The translations under genes and the position numbers were made by a program. From positions 1 through 57,067 of the forward strand of contig JAZDKR010000012.1 in the NCBI GenBank assembly GCA_043802785.1: a stretch of 57,067 bases of DNA, given 5' to 3'. The notes under the pieces are model-generated. The model was given only the letters and a program-made list of their open reading frames with translations, made no database searches and was not told where the DNA came from. This document shows, one piece after another, positions 9,586 through 19,009 of the stretch. Position 1 is the first letter of the stretch. Each line of letters starts with the position of its first letter. This DNA is from Elusimicrobiota bacterium (GTDB lineage: Bacteria; Elusimicrobiota; UBA8919).

Positions 9586-10088
9586 AGTTTTGCTTTTTTA
9601 ATGTTAAATAATATAAATTCTTCGCCGGTGGCTTCTGGATCATAATATCTAATCCCGTCATACTCTAAAGCACACACACTGTTTTCTATGTTGTTTTTAT
9701 TTTTCAGAAAAAACTTTTGAAAAGATTTCTCCTCAACTAAATCAAGAAAATTAAAATTTCCAGTAATTTTAATTGTAAAGTTTTGGGGATTATTGAAATC
9801 AGGACTATAGAAATTTATAATCGCATTTTTGTCCCTACCCAAATATAATCCTCTACCTGCCCCGCAATTAGATTTGTCTATTTTTGTATCATTAAATCCA
9901 CTTTTTAAGACACTCTGTTTATCCTTTAACGAGTTGGCTTGATGATAGAAAATACCTTCAATAAAATTATCGGGGTTACTTAAATAATAAGACCAATCTC
10001 CGTCAATATATTCCCGCATTAGATAATGTTTATATTTATAATTAAGTTTTTTAACTTCTATTTTCTGTAGACAAAAATTATTAGACAT
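9573..10088 (-). CDS. Putative ADP-ribosyltransferase-fold (HYE/PARP-like) protein
   Basis: FYHQ...SVLKSGF...GAGRGLYL...YDGI...GEEFILF parallels the PARP/ART H-Y-E motif order. Confidence 0.5.
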   Translation of the reverse strand: MSNNFCLQKIEVKKLNYKYKHYLMREYIDGDWSYYLSNPDNFIEGIFYHQANSLKDKQSVLKSGFNDTKIDKSNCGAGRGLYLGRDKNAIINFYSPDFNNPQNFTIKITGNFNFLDLVEEKSFQKFFLKNKNNIENSVCALEYDGIRYYDPEATGEEFILFNIKKAKLWNT

Positions 10089-10143
10089 TTTTTAAAATTA
10101 AAACACATTTGTACTTAGAAACTTTTTTTACCTTCATTGTTTA

Positions 10144-11091
10144 TCATATTGCCTTCTTCTGGAAAAACATTATGTATTCGTGCTTAAAAATATAAAATCC
10201 GCCGCCCAGGGCACGCCGTCGCCAAAGTTGTTCTGCATTTCTTTTTGCACGGTTGCCGGAGATGTTTTTTATCACAATACTTTTAAGTTTATATCCGTTT
10301 TCTAAAACTTTTTGCATTGTGTAAAAACTCAAAGGCACCCATTCACTCTGACTATATTTATCTCCCATAACAAGCACCAAGTATCTTTTTTCATCAAGAA
10401 GAGGATAGGTGTTTTTAACGACTTGTGAAAATTTATCCAAAAATTCTTCCGTTGTTTTTGTATTACATAAATCGTTCGGATTATCGCTAAATTTAATTAT
10501 ATCATGATACGGCGGATGCATTATAATGAGTTGAACTTTTTCAGCATTGTAATTTTGTCTCAATGTTTTTTTTACTTTTTCAATTGTTTCTTGGGCAGTA
10601 TTATCCCCTTCAATTATATCTGTTTTTACCTTGAAAGGATTTTGCTCTTGTGATATAAGTTCTTTTGCTCTTTTTACCATGTTTGGCAATAATTCCATAC
10701 CAATTCCGTGTCGGCCCAATTGTTTGCATTCAATTAAAGTTGTGCCACTACCTAAAAAAGTATCTAAAACAATTTCTCTTTTTTTTGTATATCTTAATAT
10801 CGCTTGATGCGGAATTTGAGGAACAAAATTGCCGTGATATTCACCGCTATGCGCACCGCTTTTATCACGAGCACCCAAAAGCCATAAACTATCGGTAATA
10901 ATGTCGCCGTAATCTTTCCAATTATTCAAATCAATATCATTGAAAATCGTAGTTTTCGGATGTTCGTATTTTTTTATATCCACCGAAGGCAAATCTTTTT
11001 CAACGATATATGACACACCCAATTCTTCACGAATTAGTTCGGATTTATCTTTTGTTTTATAAACAATTTTTTTCTGTTTTTTCTTTTTCAT
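10144..11091 (-). CDS. DNA amino-methyltransferase, R-M system 3
   Basis: [21 protein letters not shown], then HPPY (alpha order); ATG overlaps the thrC TGA. Confidence 0.9.
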   Translation of the reverse strand: MKKKKQKKIVYKTKDKSELIREELGVSYIVEKDLPSVDIKKYEHPKTTIFNDIDLNNWKDYGDIITDSLWLLGARDKSGAHSGEYHGNFVPQIPHQAILRYTKKREIVLDTFLGSGTTLIECKQLGRHGIGMELLPNMVKRAKELISQEQNPFKVKTDIIEGDNTAQETIEKVKKTLRQNYNAEKVQLIIMHPPYHDIIKFSDNPNDLCNTKTTEEFLDKFSQVVKNTYPLLDEKRYLVLVMGDKYSQSEWVPLSFYTMQKVLENGYKLKSIVIKNISGNRAKRNAEQLWRRRALGGGFYIFKHEYIMFFQKKAI

Positions 11092-12215
11092 AGCCCGATT
11101 GCTTTTATTATCTTCTTCATATCTGGCTCTAAAACCTTTGGCTGGGTTGCGGATTTGATTGCACGGTCAGGGTCTTTCAAGCCGTGACCGGTTAAGGTGC
11201 AAACAACAACAAGAGATTGGGAGATTGGGAGATTGGGAGATTGGGTTAAAAAACTTTTCTGAATATATTTTATCAGGCCGGCGAGGGAGGCGGCGGAGGC
11301 GGGTTCAACGAAAATTCCTTCAAGCGAGGCAAGTAATTTGTATGCTTTTATGATTTCAGCATCGGTAACCATATCAATTACGCCTTTCGATTCATCTCTT
11401 GCCTCTTCCGCTTTTTTCCAAGATGCAGGGTTGCCGATTTTTATTGCTGTTGCTATTGTTTTCGGATTTTTTATCGGTTTTCCTCGGACAATTGGTGCGG
11501 CACCTGACGCCTGAAAACCCATCATTTTTGGTAAGTCAGTGTAAGGTGTAAGGTGTAAGGTGTTAATTTTTTTCTTTACACTTGTCACTTTACACTTTAC
11601 ACTATATTCCTTGTATCCTTTCCAATACGCGGTGATATTTCCAGCATTGCCGACGGGTATAAAATGATAATCCGGTGTACGACCCAGAAAATCTACAATT
11701 TCAAACGCAGCAGTTTTTTGCCCTTCAATCCGATAAGGATTTAATGAATTCACAAGCGTTATTGGATATTTTTCCGTAATTTCAAGGACAATTTTCAGGG
11801 CATCGTCAAAATTTCCCTTGAGGGCGATAACCTTTGCACCGTGCATCATCGCCTGAGAAAGTTTTCCGAGAGCGATTGAACCGTCCGGAATTATAACGGA
11901 ACATTTTAGTCCTGCTTTCGCCGCATAAGCTGCCGCAGAAGCCGCAGTATTTCCGGTTGAAGCACATATTACCGCTTTGCTTCCCTCTTCAACCGCTTTT
12001 GAGATTGCCATGGTCATCCCGCGGTCTTTGAATGAGCCCGTAGGATTTGCGCCTTCAAATTTGAGATAGAGATTGAGATTGAGTCCGCCTAATGCGGATT
12101 CTAAATTCTTTGCACGTAAGAGTGGCGTATTGCCTTCGTAAAGCGTAATGATCGGCGTTTTATCTGTTACCGGCAAAAATTTTCTGTACCGTTCAATTAT
12201 TCCTTTGTAAATCAT
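11088..12215 (-). CDS. thrC: Threonine synthase
   Basis: [13 protein letters not shown]-lysine motif, ASTGNT, PVGNAGN, TGHGLKD; start at MIYKG (12215). Confidence 0.96.
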   Translation of the reverse strand: MIYKGIIERYRKFLPVTDKTPIITLYEGNTPLLRAKNLESALGGLNLNLYLKFEGANPTGSFKDRGMTMAISKAVEEGSKAVICASTGNTAASAAAYAAKAGLKCSVIIPDGSIALGKLSQAMMHGAKVIALKGNFDDALKIVLEITEKYPITLVNSLNPYRIEGQKTAAFEIVDFLGRTPDYHFIPVGNAGNITAYWKGYKEYSVKCKVTSVKKKINTLHLTPYTDLPKMMGFQASGAAPIVRGKPIKNPKTIATAIKIGNPASWKKAEEARDESKGVIDMVTDAEIIKAYKLLASLEGIFVEPASAASLAGLIKYIQKSFLTQSPNLPISQSLVVVCTLTGHGLKDPDRAIKSATQPKVLEPDMKKIIKAIGL

Positions 12216-12345
12216 TTTCTTACCTTTTTTAATCGCGGAGCGAAGCCAAGTAGGTTCACTGGTAGCGAACAAGAAATTTCTGAAGAGCCTCTATTTGCGA
12301 CTTATTCGTTCCGAGCGACTTTGCCTTTCACCGCTCCCATTCCAG

Positions 12346-12504
12346 ACAAAAACCAGATTTTTGAGCAATATAGATGTTTTTAGCCGAAAAAATCGTTAAA
12401 AAATTGATATGTCTGAGTAACGACGACAGTCGTTGCGAGTTTATCAATTTTAGATTTTTTCGGCGTTAAAAAAACATCGTCAAGCGAAAAAATCTGGTTT
12501 TTGT
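12346..12504. repeat. ~160 bp imperfect foldback (MITE-like) between hom and thrC
   Basis: 17-bp perfect terminal IR ACAAAAACCAGATTTTT; inner stems GATGTTTTT/AAAAACATC, GCCGAAAAAATC/GATTTTTTCGGC, AAAATTGATA/TATCAATTTT. Confidence 0.85.
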
Positions 12505-12507
12505 TTT

Positions 12508-13806
12508 TCATTCCATTATTCTGAACATTACTGTTTTTGACTTAACAATCGGCAACTCATCAATTATTTTTAATGCTTTTCTTATGTTGCCTTCTTTCGT
12601 CTGATGTGTAAGTATTAAAACCGGAACGGCATGCTTTTTATGGCGTTCTTCCTGGAAGCATGCGGAAATGGAAACATTGTTTTTTCCCAGAATCCCGGAA
12701 ATTTTTGAAAGAACACCAGGTTTGTCGGCGGTTGAAAATCTCATATAATATTTTGACTCTATTTTTTCAACCGGTTTTATATTCAATTTTATTTTTTTGT
12801 CATATAAAATAAATGGAAATTTTCCAGCGGTGCCGTAAAAAATATTTGTTGCAAGATAAATTATATCCGATGCAACTGCACTTGCAGCAGCAGGTCCACC
12901 AGCCCCTTTCCCATAAAGCATTATGTCACCACAGGAATCACCATCAATATAAATCGCATTGTACTCGTTTTCAACCGCAGCCAGCGGATGCTCGGCATCA
13001 ATAAGTGTCGGATAAACAGTCGCAGAAATTTTACCGTTTTCATTTTTCACTGAAGCTAAAAGTTTCAACACATAACCAAACTCTGCTTTGGCATATTTTA
13101 CGTCAACAGGACTTATGTCTGATATTCCTTCACGGTAAATTTTTTCAAATGGCAGATGATTACCAAACGCAAGTGACGCTAATATTGAAAGTTTTTGTGC
13201 GGCATCAGAACCATCAAGGTCAAGAGATGGGTTCGCTTCGGCAAAACCAGATTTCTGTGCAAGTTTCAACGCCTCGTTAAAACCAAGTCCTGCGTCTGTC
13301 ATCTTTGTAAGTATGAAATTGGTCGTGCCGTTCAATATGCCGACGATTGATCGTATACTGTTTGCAGCAAGTCCTTCGTTTAATGACTGTATAACCGGTA
13401 TCCCAGCACCAACTGCTGCTTCAAAATATACCAAAACTTTTTTTCTTAACACCATAGAGAAAATTTCGTCCCAGCATTTTGAAAGCAACGCTTTGTTGGC
13501 AGTTACAATGTGCTTGCCACGATTCATCGCTTCAATAACTATTTTTTTAGAAATATCCACACCGCCGATTAATTCAACAATAATATCCACCGACGGGTCA
13601 GTAATTACTTTATTGATGTCTGTTGTGATGTTTTCGGTTGGTAAATTTAGTTGTTTAAGTTTAGATGTATCTTTATCGCATACCCATTTTATATTGATAC
13701 TGCAACCTACTTTCTTTTTTATGATATCTGAGTGTTTTTCTAAAATTTTAACGACATTAAGTCCGACGGTGCCACAACCAATAATCCCTATATTAACATT
13801 TTTCAT
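12508..13806 (-). CDS. hom: Homoserine dehydrogenase
   Basis: GCGTVG, VTANKAL, FEAAVGAGIP, NGTTNFIL, C-terminal ACT; start at MKNVNIG. Confidence 0.96.
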   Translation of the reverse strand: MKNVNIGIIGCGTVGLNVVKILEKHSDIIKKKVGCSINIKWVCDKDTSKLKQLNLPTENITTDINKVITDPSVDIIVELIGGVDISKKIVIEAMNRGKHIVTANKALLSKCWDEIFSMVLRKKVLVYFEAAVGAGIPVIQSLNEGLAANSIRSIVGILNGTTNFILTKMTDAGLGFNEALKLAQKSGFAEANPSLDLDGSDAAQKLSILASLAFGNHLPFEKIYREGISDISPVDVKYAKAEFGYVLKLLASVKNENGKISATVYPTLIDAEHPLAAVENEYNAIYIDGDSCGDIMLYGKGAGGPAAASAVASDIIYLATNIFYGTAGKFPFILYDKKIKLNIKPVEKIESKYYMRFSTADKPGVLSKISGILGKNNVSISACFQEERHKKHAVPVLILTHQTKEGNIRKALKIIDELPIVKSKTVMFRIME

Positions 13807-13887
13807 ATAAAACCAGATTACAGCGATTAACAACACGATTACAGCGATATTTCTTCATCGTTGTTATCGCTTTTTTTATCGTTGAAA

Positions 13888-15069
13888 TCAGCCCCTTACA
13901 AATGTTTTCAGACGCAATAATGCGTCGTGAAATCTGTTGAAGTGTGTGACCAATGCAAATCTCACATATCCCTCACCGTATTTACCAAAACCTGTTCCAG
14001 GCGAACAGACGACGCCCGTGGATTTAATAAGTTCTTCTGAAAATTTCAACGAACCACCTTTACTAAATTTTTCCGGCAACTTCGCCCAAAGATACATTGT
14101 TGCTTTCGGTTTCTCAACGATAAATCCGAGTTTATTCAACCCGTCACAAAATTTATCCCTTCTTTTTTTATACTCTTCAAGCGTTTCTTTCATAACATCA
14201 TCGGCTGAATTTAGTGCCGTAACTGCTGCCAACTGCAAAAATGTAGGAACACCGTAATCAATAAACGACTTGAGTTTTTCTAACGGTGCGATAGTTTTTG
14301 AATTGCCGAGACAAAATCCAACACGCCAACCGGCCATATTGTATGTTTTGGAAAGCGAGTAAAATTCTACTCCTACATCTTTTGCACCGGGTGTCTGTAA
14401 AAATGACGGTGCAACATATCCATTAAAAGTAACTTCGGAATATGCGTTATCGTGACAGACGATTATATCGTATTTTTTTGCAAACTGAACCACTTCCTTA
14501 AAAAAAGACAAATCATCTACAGTAGCACTTGTAGGATTGTTCGGGTAATTCAGGAACATCAGTTTCGCACGACGGGCAACTTTTTCCGGAATCTTTGTCA
14601 AGTCGGGCAGCCATTTATTTTTCGCCATAATCGGCATATTGTGAATTTTTCCACCAGCCAAAATTACACCGTTAAGATGCACTGGATACGCAGGATTTGC
14701 CACAAGTGCGATATCGCCGGGATCCAGATGCGCCATACACATATGGGCAATTCCCTCTTTGGAGCCAATTAAAACAAGTGCCTCATTGTCAGGATTCAAT
14801 TCAACATTAAATCTTTTCTTGTACCAGTCACAAATCGCTTTTCTCAATTTCGGCATTCCCTTCGCCTGAGGATAGCGATGCGTGCCGGGATGATTCTTTA
14901 CCGTGTCAATAAGCCGCTCAATAATAAAATCCGGGGTCGGAAGATCTGGATTCCCCATACCCAAATCAATAACATCTAAATTTTTTGAATGCGCCTCTTT
15001 TTTCAGAGTGTTTATTATTGAAAAAATATAAGGCGGCAATTTGCCAAGTTTTTTAGAATATGGTTTCAT
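13888..15069 (-). CDS. Class I/II PLP aminotransferase (AlaC / LL-DAP aminotransferase-like)
   Basis: DLGMGNPD, NYPNNPT, HDNAY, SLSKTYNMAGWRVG; usual neighbour of hom. Confidence 0.92.
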   Translation of the reverse strand: MKPYSKKLGKLPPYIFSIINTLKKEAHSKNLDVIDLGMGNPDLPTPDFIIERLIDTVKNHPGTHRYPQAKGMPKLRKAICDWYKKRFNVELNPDNEALVLIGSKEGIAHMCMAHLDPGDIALVANPAYPVHLNGVILAGGKIHNMPIMAKNKWLPDLTKIPEKVARRAKLMFLNYPNNPTSATVDDLSFFKEVVQFAKKYDIIVCHDNAYSEVTFNGYVAPSFLQTPGAKDVGVEFYSLSKTYNMAGWRVGFCLGNSKTIAPLEKLKSFIDYGVPTFLQLAAVTALNSADDVMKETLEEYKKRRDKFCDGLNKLGFIVEKPKATMYLWAKLPEKFSKGGSLKFSEELIKSTGVVCSPGTGFGKYGEGYVRFALVTHFNRFHDALLRLKTFVRG

Positions 15070-15086
15070 ATAAATACCACGGAACT
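15047..15086. repeat. 40-bp direct repeat, copy 1 (start of the aminotransferase gene)
   Basis: 36/40 identical to 17158-17197; both encode MKPYSKKL plus upstream bases. Confidence 0.92.
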
Positions 15087-15117
15087 GTCCTGTGTCTGTT
15101 CCGTGTTTTTTTATTGT

Positions 15118-15741
15118 TTAATCATTTACTATTTTATATTTTTCAAATTTTCCATTTTCATCAAACCATATAAGAAGCCATTCAGAATCAATATTAAACA
15201 AACTGGCCCTTTCAGGACCAAGAAAATATATTAAATCCCTGCCACTATCTTTGAAATAGGTTGCCTCTAAAGACGGACCAAGAAGTTTTTCCATTTCATC
15301 CCTACTTTTGCCTGGCAAAATATTTACCACAATGTCTTTAAGCATTTTTTCCCTTTTACTTATACCATTTACATCTTCTCCAGAAGATTTTGCCTTCCAT
15401 TCTATTGAATTAAATTTAAGCAAATTTGAACCAATTGGCAAACCTCCTAAAATGTAATTTCGTAAAAAGAAACTCAATGACATAAAAAAAACTGTTGTAA
15501 AAAATATTGTTAAAAATGAAACAAAAAACCAACTCTGTTTATGTTTTTTAGTTGCCCTGAATATAATTACAGGTATTGATATTATACCTAAAATTGGTGA
15601 AACAATACATATGACAATTAAAGATATTATGTAGAAAAAATTGGAAACACTTGAAAAAAAATCAATTGGAACAACATATCTTAACAATAATGGGCTCAAA
15701 TACAACAGAGTACAGAAAAAAGATATTAAAACAGTTTTCAT
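15118..15741 (-). CDS. Hypothetical membrane protein (possible immunity partner)
   Basis: About three N-terminal hydrophobic segments and a soluble C-terminus; ATGA coupling with the upstream gene. Confidence 0.7.
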   Translation of the reverse strand: MKTVLISFFCTLLYLSPLLLRYVVPIDFFSSVSNFFYIISLIVICIVSPILGIISIPVIIFRATKKHKQSWFFVSFLTIFFTTVFFMSLSFFLRNYILGGLPIGSNLLKFNSIEWKAKSSGEDVNGISKREKMLKDIVVNILPGKSRDEMEKLLGPSLEATYFKDSGRDLIYFLGPERASLFNIDSEWLLIWFDENGKFEKYKIVND

Positions 15742-17180
15742 TTTTGTTTTTTTGGCTTTTGTATCAACTTATCCATGTTATCAAGTATCTCCTTTGCATA
15801 TAAATCATCATCAATTATACCTTGATATTTTAATCTACTGCATATGTCTCTGCCAATACTATTGTTCCACAAATCCATTTCTATAGAAGCTTCATTATCC
15901 GGCTCACGGTTTAATTCATGATTATCGGCGATTTCTTTTGCAAAATCATAGCCAACATCTCTCGTCATTATTGCATTCCAATATGCGTGCAAAAATGCAT
16001 TACTTGTGTCGTCGTCTTTACTATATCCAAATTCTTTATATGTACGGTTGAAAGCATTGGTTTTATTTTTACAGGCGGTTATTATATCGTAAATTCTGTC
16101 AATATTCTTTACGTTCTCTACTAACGTCTTTGCATCTCCTAATCCACCATATCCAATCAAACTTAAAATATCCCCGAGTAAATAGGTAAATTCGTATTGA
16201 AGATTATTGTAATATTTGTTAAAATCAGGGACGTCAAAACCAAGCGACTGGACGTCCTTTCTTAAAGGTTCGAAATATGAATTTATCTCAATCGGATTAT
16301 CGGTTGTATTTACAAAAGTGACTGTTGCATTTGAATAACCATTGGCTTTTACCAATGCGTAGATTTCATAACCTTCCGCTTTAACTGGTTTATCATTGTT
16401 TGGCTTTTTATACTTTGAATTTAAGTTTTCAATTCTTTTTGCATATTCATGGTAATCATAAACTTTTCCCTTTATTATTTCCACTACTTCTTTTACACTT
16501 TCCACTTCCGACGGTAAGTATTTACCAATAAGTTTCCCAAGTCCTTCTTTGGCAACTTCCTTGAAATAATTGTTGACTTTCAAATAAGCATTTTTATCTA
16601 CCTTAAGCAGTAGTTCCCGCTGGTCACTCGGCAAATCTTCAAATTTTACTTTATTCTGCAGATTCCATATAACATTTTGTTTGAGATGTTGGTCAACTGC
16701 CTCTTTTGTATTGGTATATCGCATTATCTCGGAATAGAGCGGGATATCTGGAACTCTGTTCGTAAGAATATATGGTTCATCATCGCTTGGTGACGCTTTT
16801 TGAGAAGATAGGCAATAAGTATTCAACTTTAATGTCAATTTGGTTTTTGGCGGGATTACTATTGTGCCGTTGTCTTTATTGATTACATTTACGGCAGCTG
16901 AGTGTTTTTTGTACTCTTCTACAATCGGAGTCAGTTCTTTAATTATATCATCATAATCTTTATCTGTAAGTTTATCGTCATAGCGTTGTATCCGTTCCCT
17001 TAATGTTTGTATCTTGTTTGTTGTATTATTAATGTCTGTTGGAGTATATGAAATATCCTGCAACGAAGAGTAATCATCGTTTTCCAGATATTTTACTTTT
17101 AACAAACCCGTGGCGCAAGATGAGTTCAGCAACAAACATACCGCCACTAAATAATTGAGTTTTTTTGAATATGGTTTCAT
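15738..17180 (-). CDS. Putative lipoprotein with C-terminal DUF6973-like domain
   Basis: Lipobox-like LLNSSC; C-terminal NAFLHAYWNAIM...HE...MDLWNNSIGR motif. Confidence 0.7.
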   Translation of the reverse strand: MKPYSKKLNYLVAVCLLLNSSCATGLLKVKYLENDDYSSLQDISYTPTDINNTTNKIQTLRERIQRYDDKLTDKDYDDIIKELTPIVEEYKKHSAAVNVINKDNGTIVIPPKTKLTLKLNTYCLSSQKASPSDDEPYILTNRVPDIPLYSEIMRYTNTKEAVDQHLKQNVIWNLQNKVKFEDLPSDQRELLLKVDKNAYLKVNNYFKEVAKEGLGKLIGKYLPSEVESVKEVVEIIKGKVYDYHEYAKRIENLNSKYKKPNNDKPVKAEGYEIYALVKANGYSNATVTFVNTTDNPIEINSYFEPLRKDVQSLGFDVPDFNKYYNNLQYEFTYLLGDILSLIGYGGLGDAKTLVENVKNIDRIYDIITACKNKTNAFNRTYKEFGYSKDDDTSNAFLHAYWNAIMTRDVGYDFAKEIADNHELNREPDNEASIEMDLWNNSIGRDICSRLKYQGIIDDDLYAKEILDNMDKLIQKPKKQK

Positions 17181-17197
17181 ATAGATACCGCAGAACT
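17158..17197. repeat. 40-bp direct repeat, copy 2 (start of the cargo lipoprotein gene)
   Basis: See 15047-15086. Confidence 0.92.
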
Positions 17198-17220
17198 AAC
17201 GCGAAACTATTAGCGTCGGT

Positions 17221-17484
17221 TTAGCGTTCAGGTTCTGCGTTTGTTTCGCGGATTTCCGGGAGTCGTTTAGAGAATTCAAAAATCACAAGTCCAATTAGAA
17301 TACATGCAAGTCCATAAACGACTTCAAAGCCGGCGTATTTTGACCATTTTACAAGCGGAACAAATTCGGATTCAGGAAGTCCGACGAAAACATCGTATAA
17401 TCCTTTTAACGCAACGATTATTCCCCAGACAGCAAAAATCCATCCGCTGCTCTTAAAAACCGCACGATATTTAATCTTTTGCAT
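17221..17484 (-). CDS. Small two-TM hypothetical protein
   Basis: AAGGA RBS; two hydrophobic segments; C-terminus encoded by a 12-mer repeat palindrome (17187-17255). Confidence 0.7.
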   Translation of the reverse strand: MQKIKYRAVFKSSGWIFAVWGIIVALKGLYDVFVGLPESEFVPLVKWSKYAGFEVVYGLACILIGLVIFEFSKRLPEIRETNAEPER

Positions 17485-17527
17485 TTAATTATTCCTTGCG
17501 AACTGTCTATTCCTATCACTGTACTGG

Positions 17528-17865
17528 TTCACAATTTCGGCAACAACTTGGCAACCCGTTTTAGTTTATCATAAGGTGTCATACTGAACTTGTTTCAGCA
17601 TCAGCATTTGCTCCTTGTCTTTTCGCAAGCGGAAGGCAGGGATATTATGATATCGTTGAAAAACCCCAATCTTTTGAACGATTTGGCAGTTTTAGGTTAT
17701 CAGTTGAAATCGTTTTGACCGCAATGTCCGACGAGCAAAGCGAGGAGTTTTGCGGTCTGATTGAAACTGATAACCGTTAAAAAACTGCCTTTAAGTGAAA
17801 AAGATGGGTTTTTCAATAATATCATTATACAAAAAATCCTGAGAAACCGTTACCGAAATTGTGAA
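17528..17865. mobile_element. MITE-like element with 17-bp terminal IRs and an internal ~180 bp foldback
   Basis: TTCACAATTTCGGCAAC (17528-17544) / GTTACCGAAATTGTGAA (17849-17865), one mismatch; internal hairpin 17647-17825; truncates vapC. Confidence 0.7.
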
Positions 17866-18029
17866 GTATTACACTCATCACATTGTTGGATCGCACGCTT
17901 AAATACCTCATAAATGCTAATTGAGGGAATAACTAATTTAGATATGTTCTCAATTGCGGGTGTAAAGAAATTTGCGTTTGGACCATCAGCGAAATACTCA
18001 AGCCATCCGGAAGAATCCACGATATTCAT
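17850..18029 (-). pseudogene. vapC: Truncated VapC (PIN) toxin
   Basis: MNIVDSSGWLEYFADGPNA...VIPSISIYEVFKR is a PIN N-terminus; only 59 aa, and the stop lies inside the element IR. Confidence 0.85.
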
Positions 18030-18232
18030 ATGCGGTCTGCCTCCCGATTTACTGTTGTATCAATACCTTTGAGAAAACCACGCATTTCCTTGACTGCCTT
18101 CAGAGGAATCAGTTCAATGCGATTTTCGTATTGAATAACTTGAATTTTCTGTCCTGGACAAACACCGAGCGATTCACGAATTATGCGAGGAATCACAACT
18201 TGAAACTTTGGCGAAACTGTTAATGTTTCCAT
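18026..18232 (-). CDS. AbrB/MazE-type antitoxin (VapB)
   Basis: VSPKFQVVIPRIIRESLG swapped-hairpin motif; ATGA-coupled to vapC. Confidence 0.9.
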   Translation of the reverse strand: METLTVSPKFQVVIPRIIRESLGVCPGQKIQVIQYENRIELIPLKAVKEMRGFLKGIDTTVNREADRI

Positions 18233-18256
18233 ATAATCTCCTTAATTGTTCTTATA

Positions 18257-18315
18257 TTCTAACGATAGATCTCAGCGGCGACGTACTCGCCGTCCACTGC
18301 ACCGATTTGTTAGAG
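18257..18315 (-). other. Integron attC site
   Basis: Minus strand CTCTAAC (contains GyrI stop)...GCAGTGGACGGCGAGTACGTCGCCGCTGAG...GTTAGAA; 59 bp imperfect palindrome. Confidence 0.85.
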
Positions 18316-18903
18316 GGTTTTGTTAATTTTCAACCTCACGATTGTTTTCAAATTTTCTGGTTTTGTCTTTCGGAAATCATTTAAATAGATATCATGAGTA
18401 TCTTTCATAGATGAATATCCTTTACTTTTAATGAAATTGAGTAATATCTCCAATGTTTCATTCATTTTTTCATAATGACCTTTATGCATTATTTGGGCAC
18501 ATAACCCTTCATCAAATTTTTCAAATCTCAGTTTTAAGATTGAGGGAAGTGTCTGTTTTAATGCCAATTTTTCCAAAGCTTCGTTATATAATTGTTTTGT
18601 TACATATTTGGGTTGCATTTGTAGCATTGTCCACCTAAAGGTTTTTCTTTCTCGATTGAGTGTCCATAGCAACTCAAGTAGCATTATCCTATAATCAATA
18701 TCTATTCTTGGTCTAATCATAAATTTCATTGTATAAGCTACAGGATAAATAGTGCCTGCTGCATCTTGAAATTCCTGTTCTGAAGGATGTCCCTTACCAT
18801 CAATCATAAGAAAATTCATAGCCGGAACTTTTACAATTGTTGGTTCCTTTGTCGAAGCGAAATAAAGTTGTTTCAGTTCTTTTCTATAATCAATCTTTTT
18901 CAT
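18310..18903 (-). CDS. GyrI-like small-molecule-binding protein (cassette)
   Basis: KIDYRKELKQLY, FLMIDGKGHP, QIMHKGHY, HDIYLNDFRKTKPENLKTIVR. Confidence 0.85.
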   Translation of the reverse strand: MKKIDYRKELKQLYFASTKEPTIVKVPAMNFLMIDGKGHPSEQEFQDAAGTIYPVAYTMKFMIRPRIDIDYRIMLLELLWTLNRERKTFRWTMLQMQPKYVTKQLYNEALEKLALKQTLPSILKLRFEKFDEGLCAQIMHKGHYEKMNETLEILLNFIKSKGYSSMKDTHDIYLNDFRKTKPENLKTIVRLKINKTL

Positions 18904-18913
18904 ATTTGTTTCC

Positions 18914-18972
18914 CTCTACCGACTGAGTTCAGCGGCGACGTACTCGCCGTCCACTGCAACGAATAGTTAGAC
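18914..18972 (-). other. Integron attC site (R' mutated GTT>GGT)
   Basis: Minus strand GTCTAAC...GCAGTGGACGGCGAGTACGTCGCCGCTGA...GGTAGAG; core identical to the 18257 site. Confidence 0.82.
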
Positions 18973-19009
18973 ATTTAACAGTAACTATCCATATTTTATT
19001 AGTATAGTT

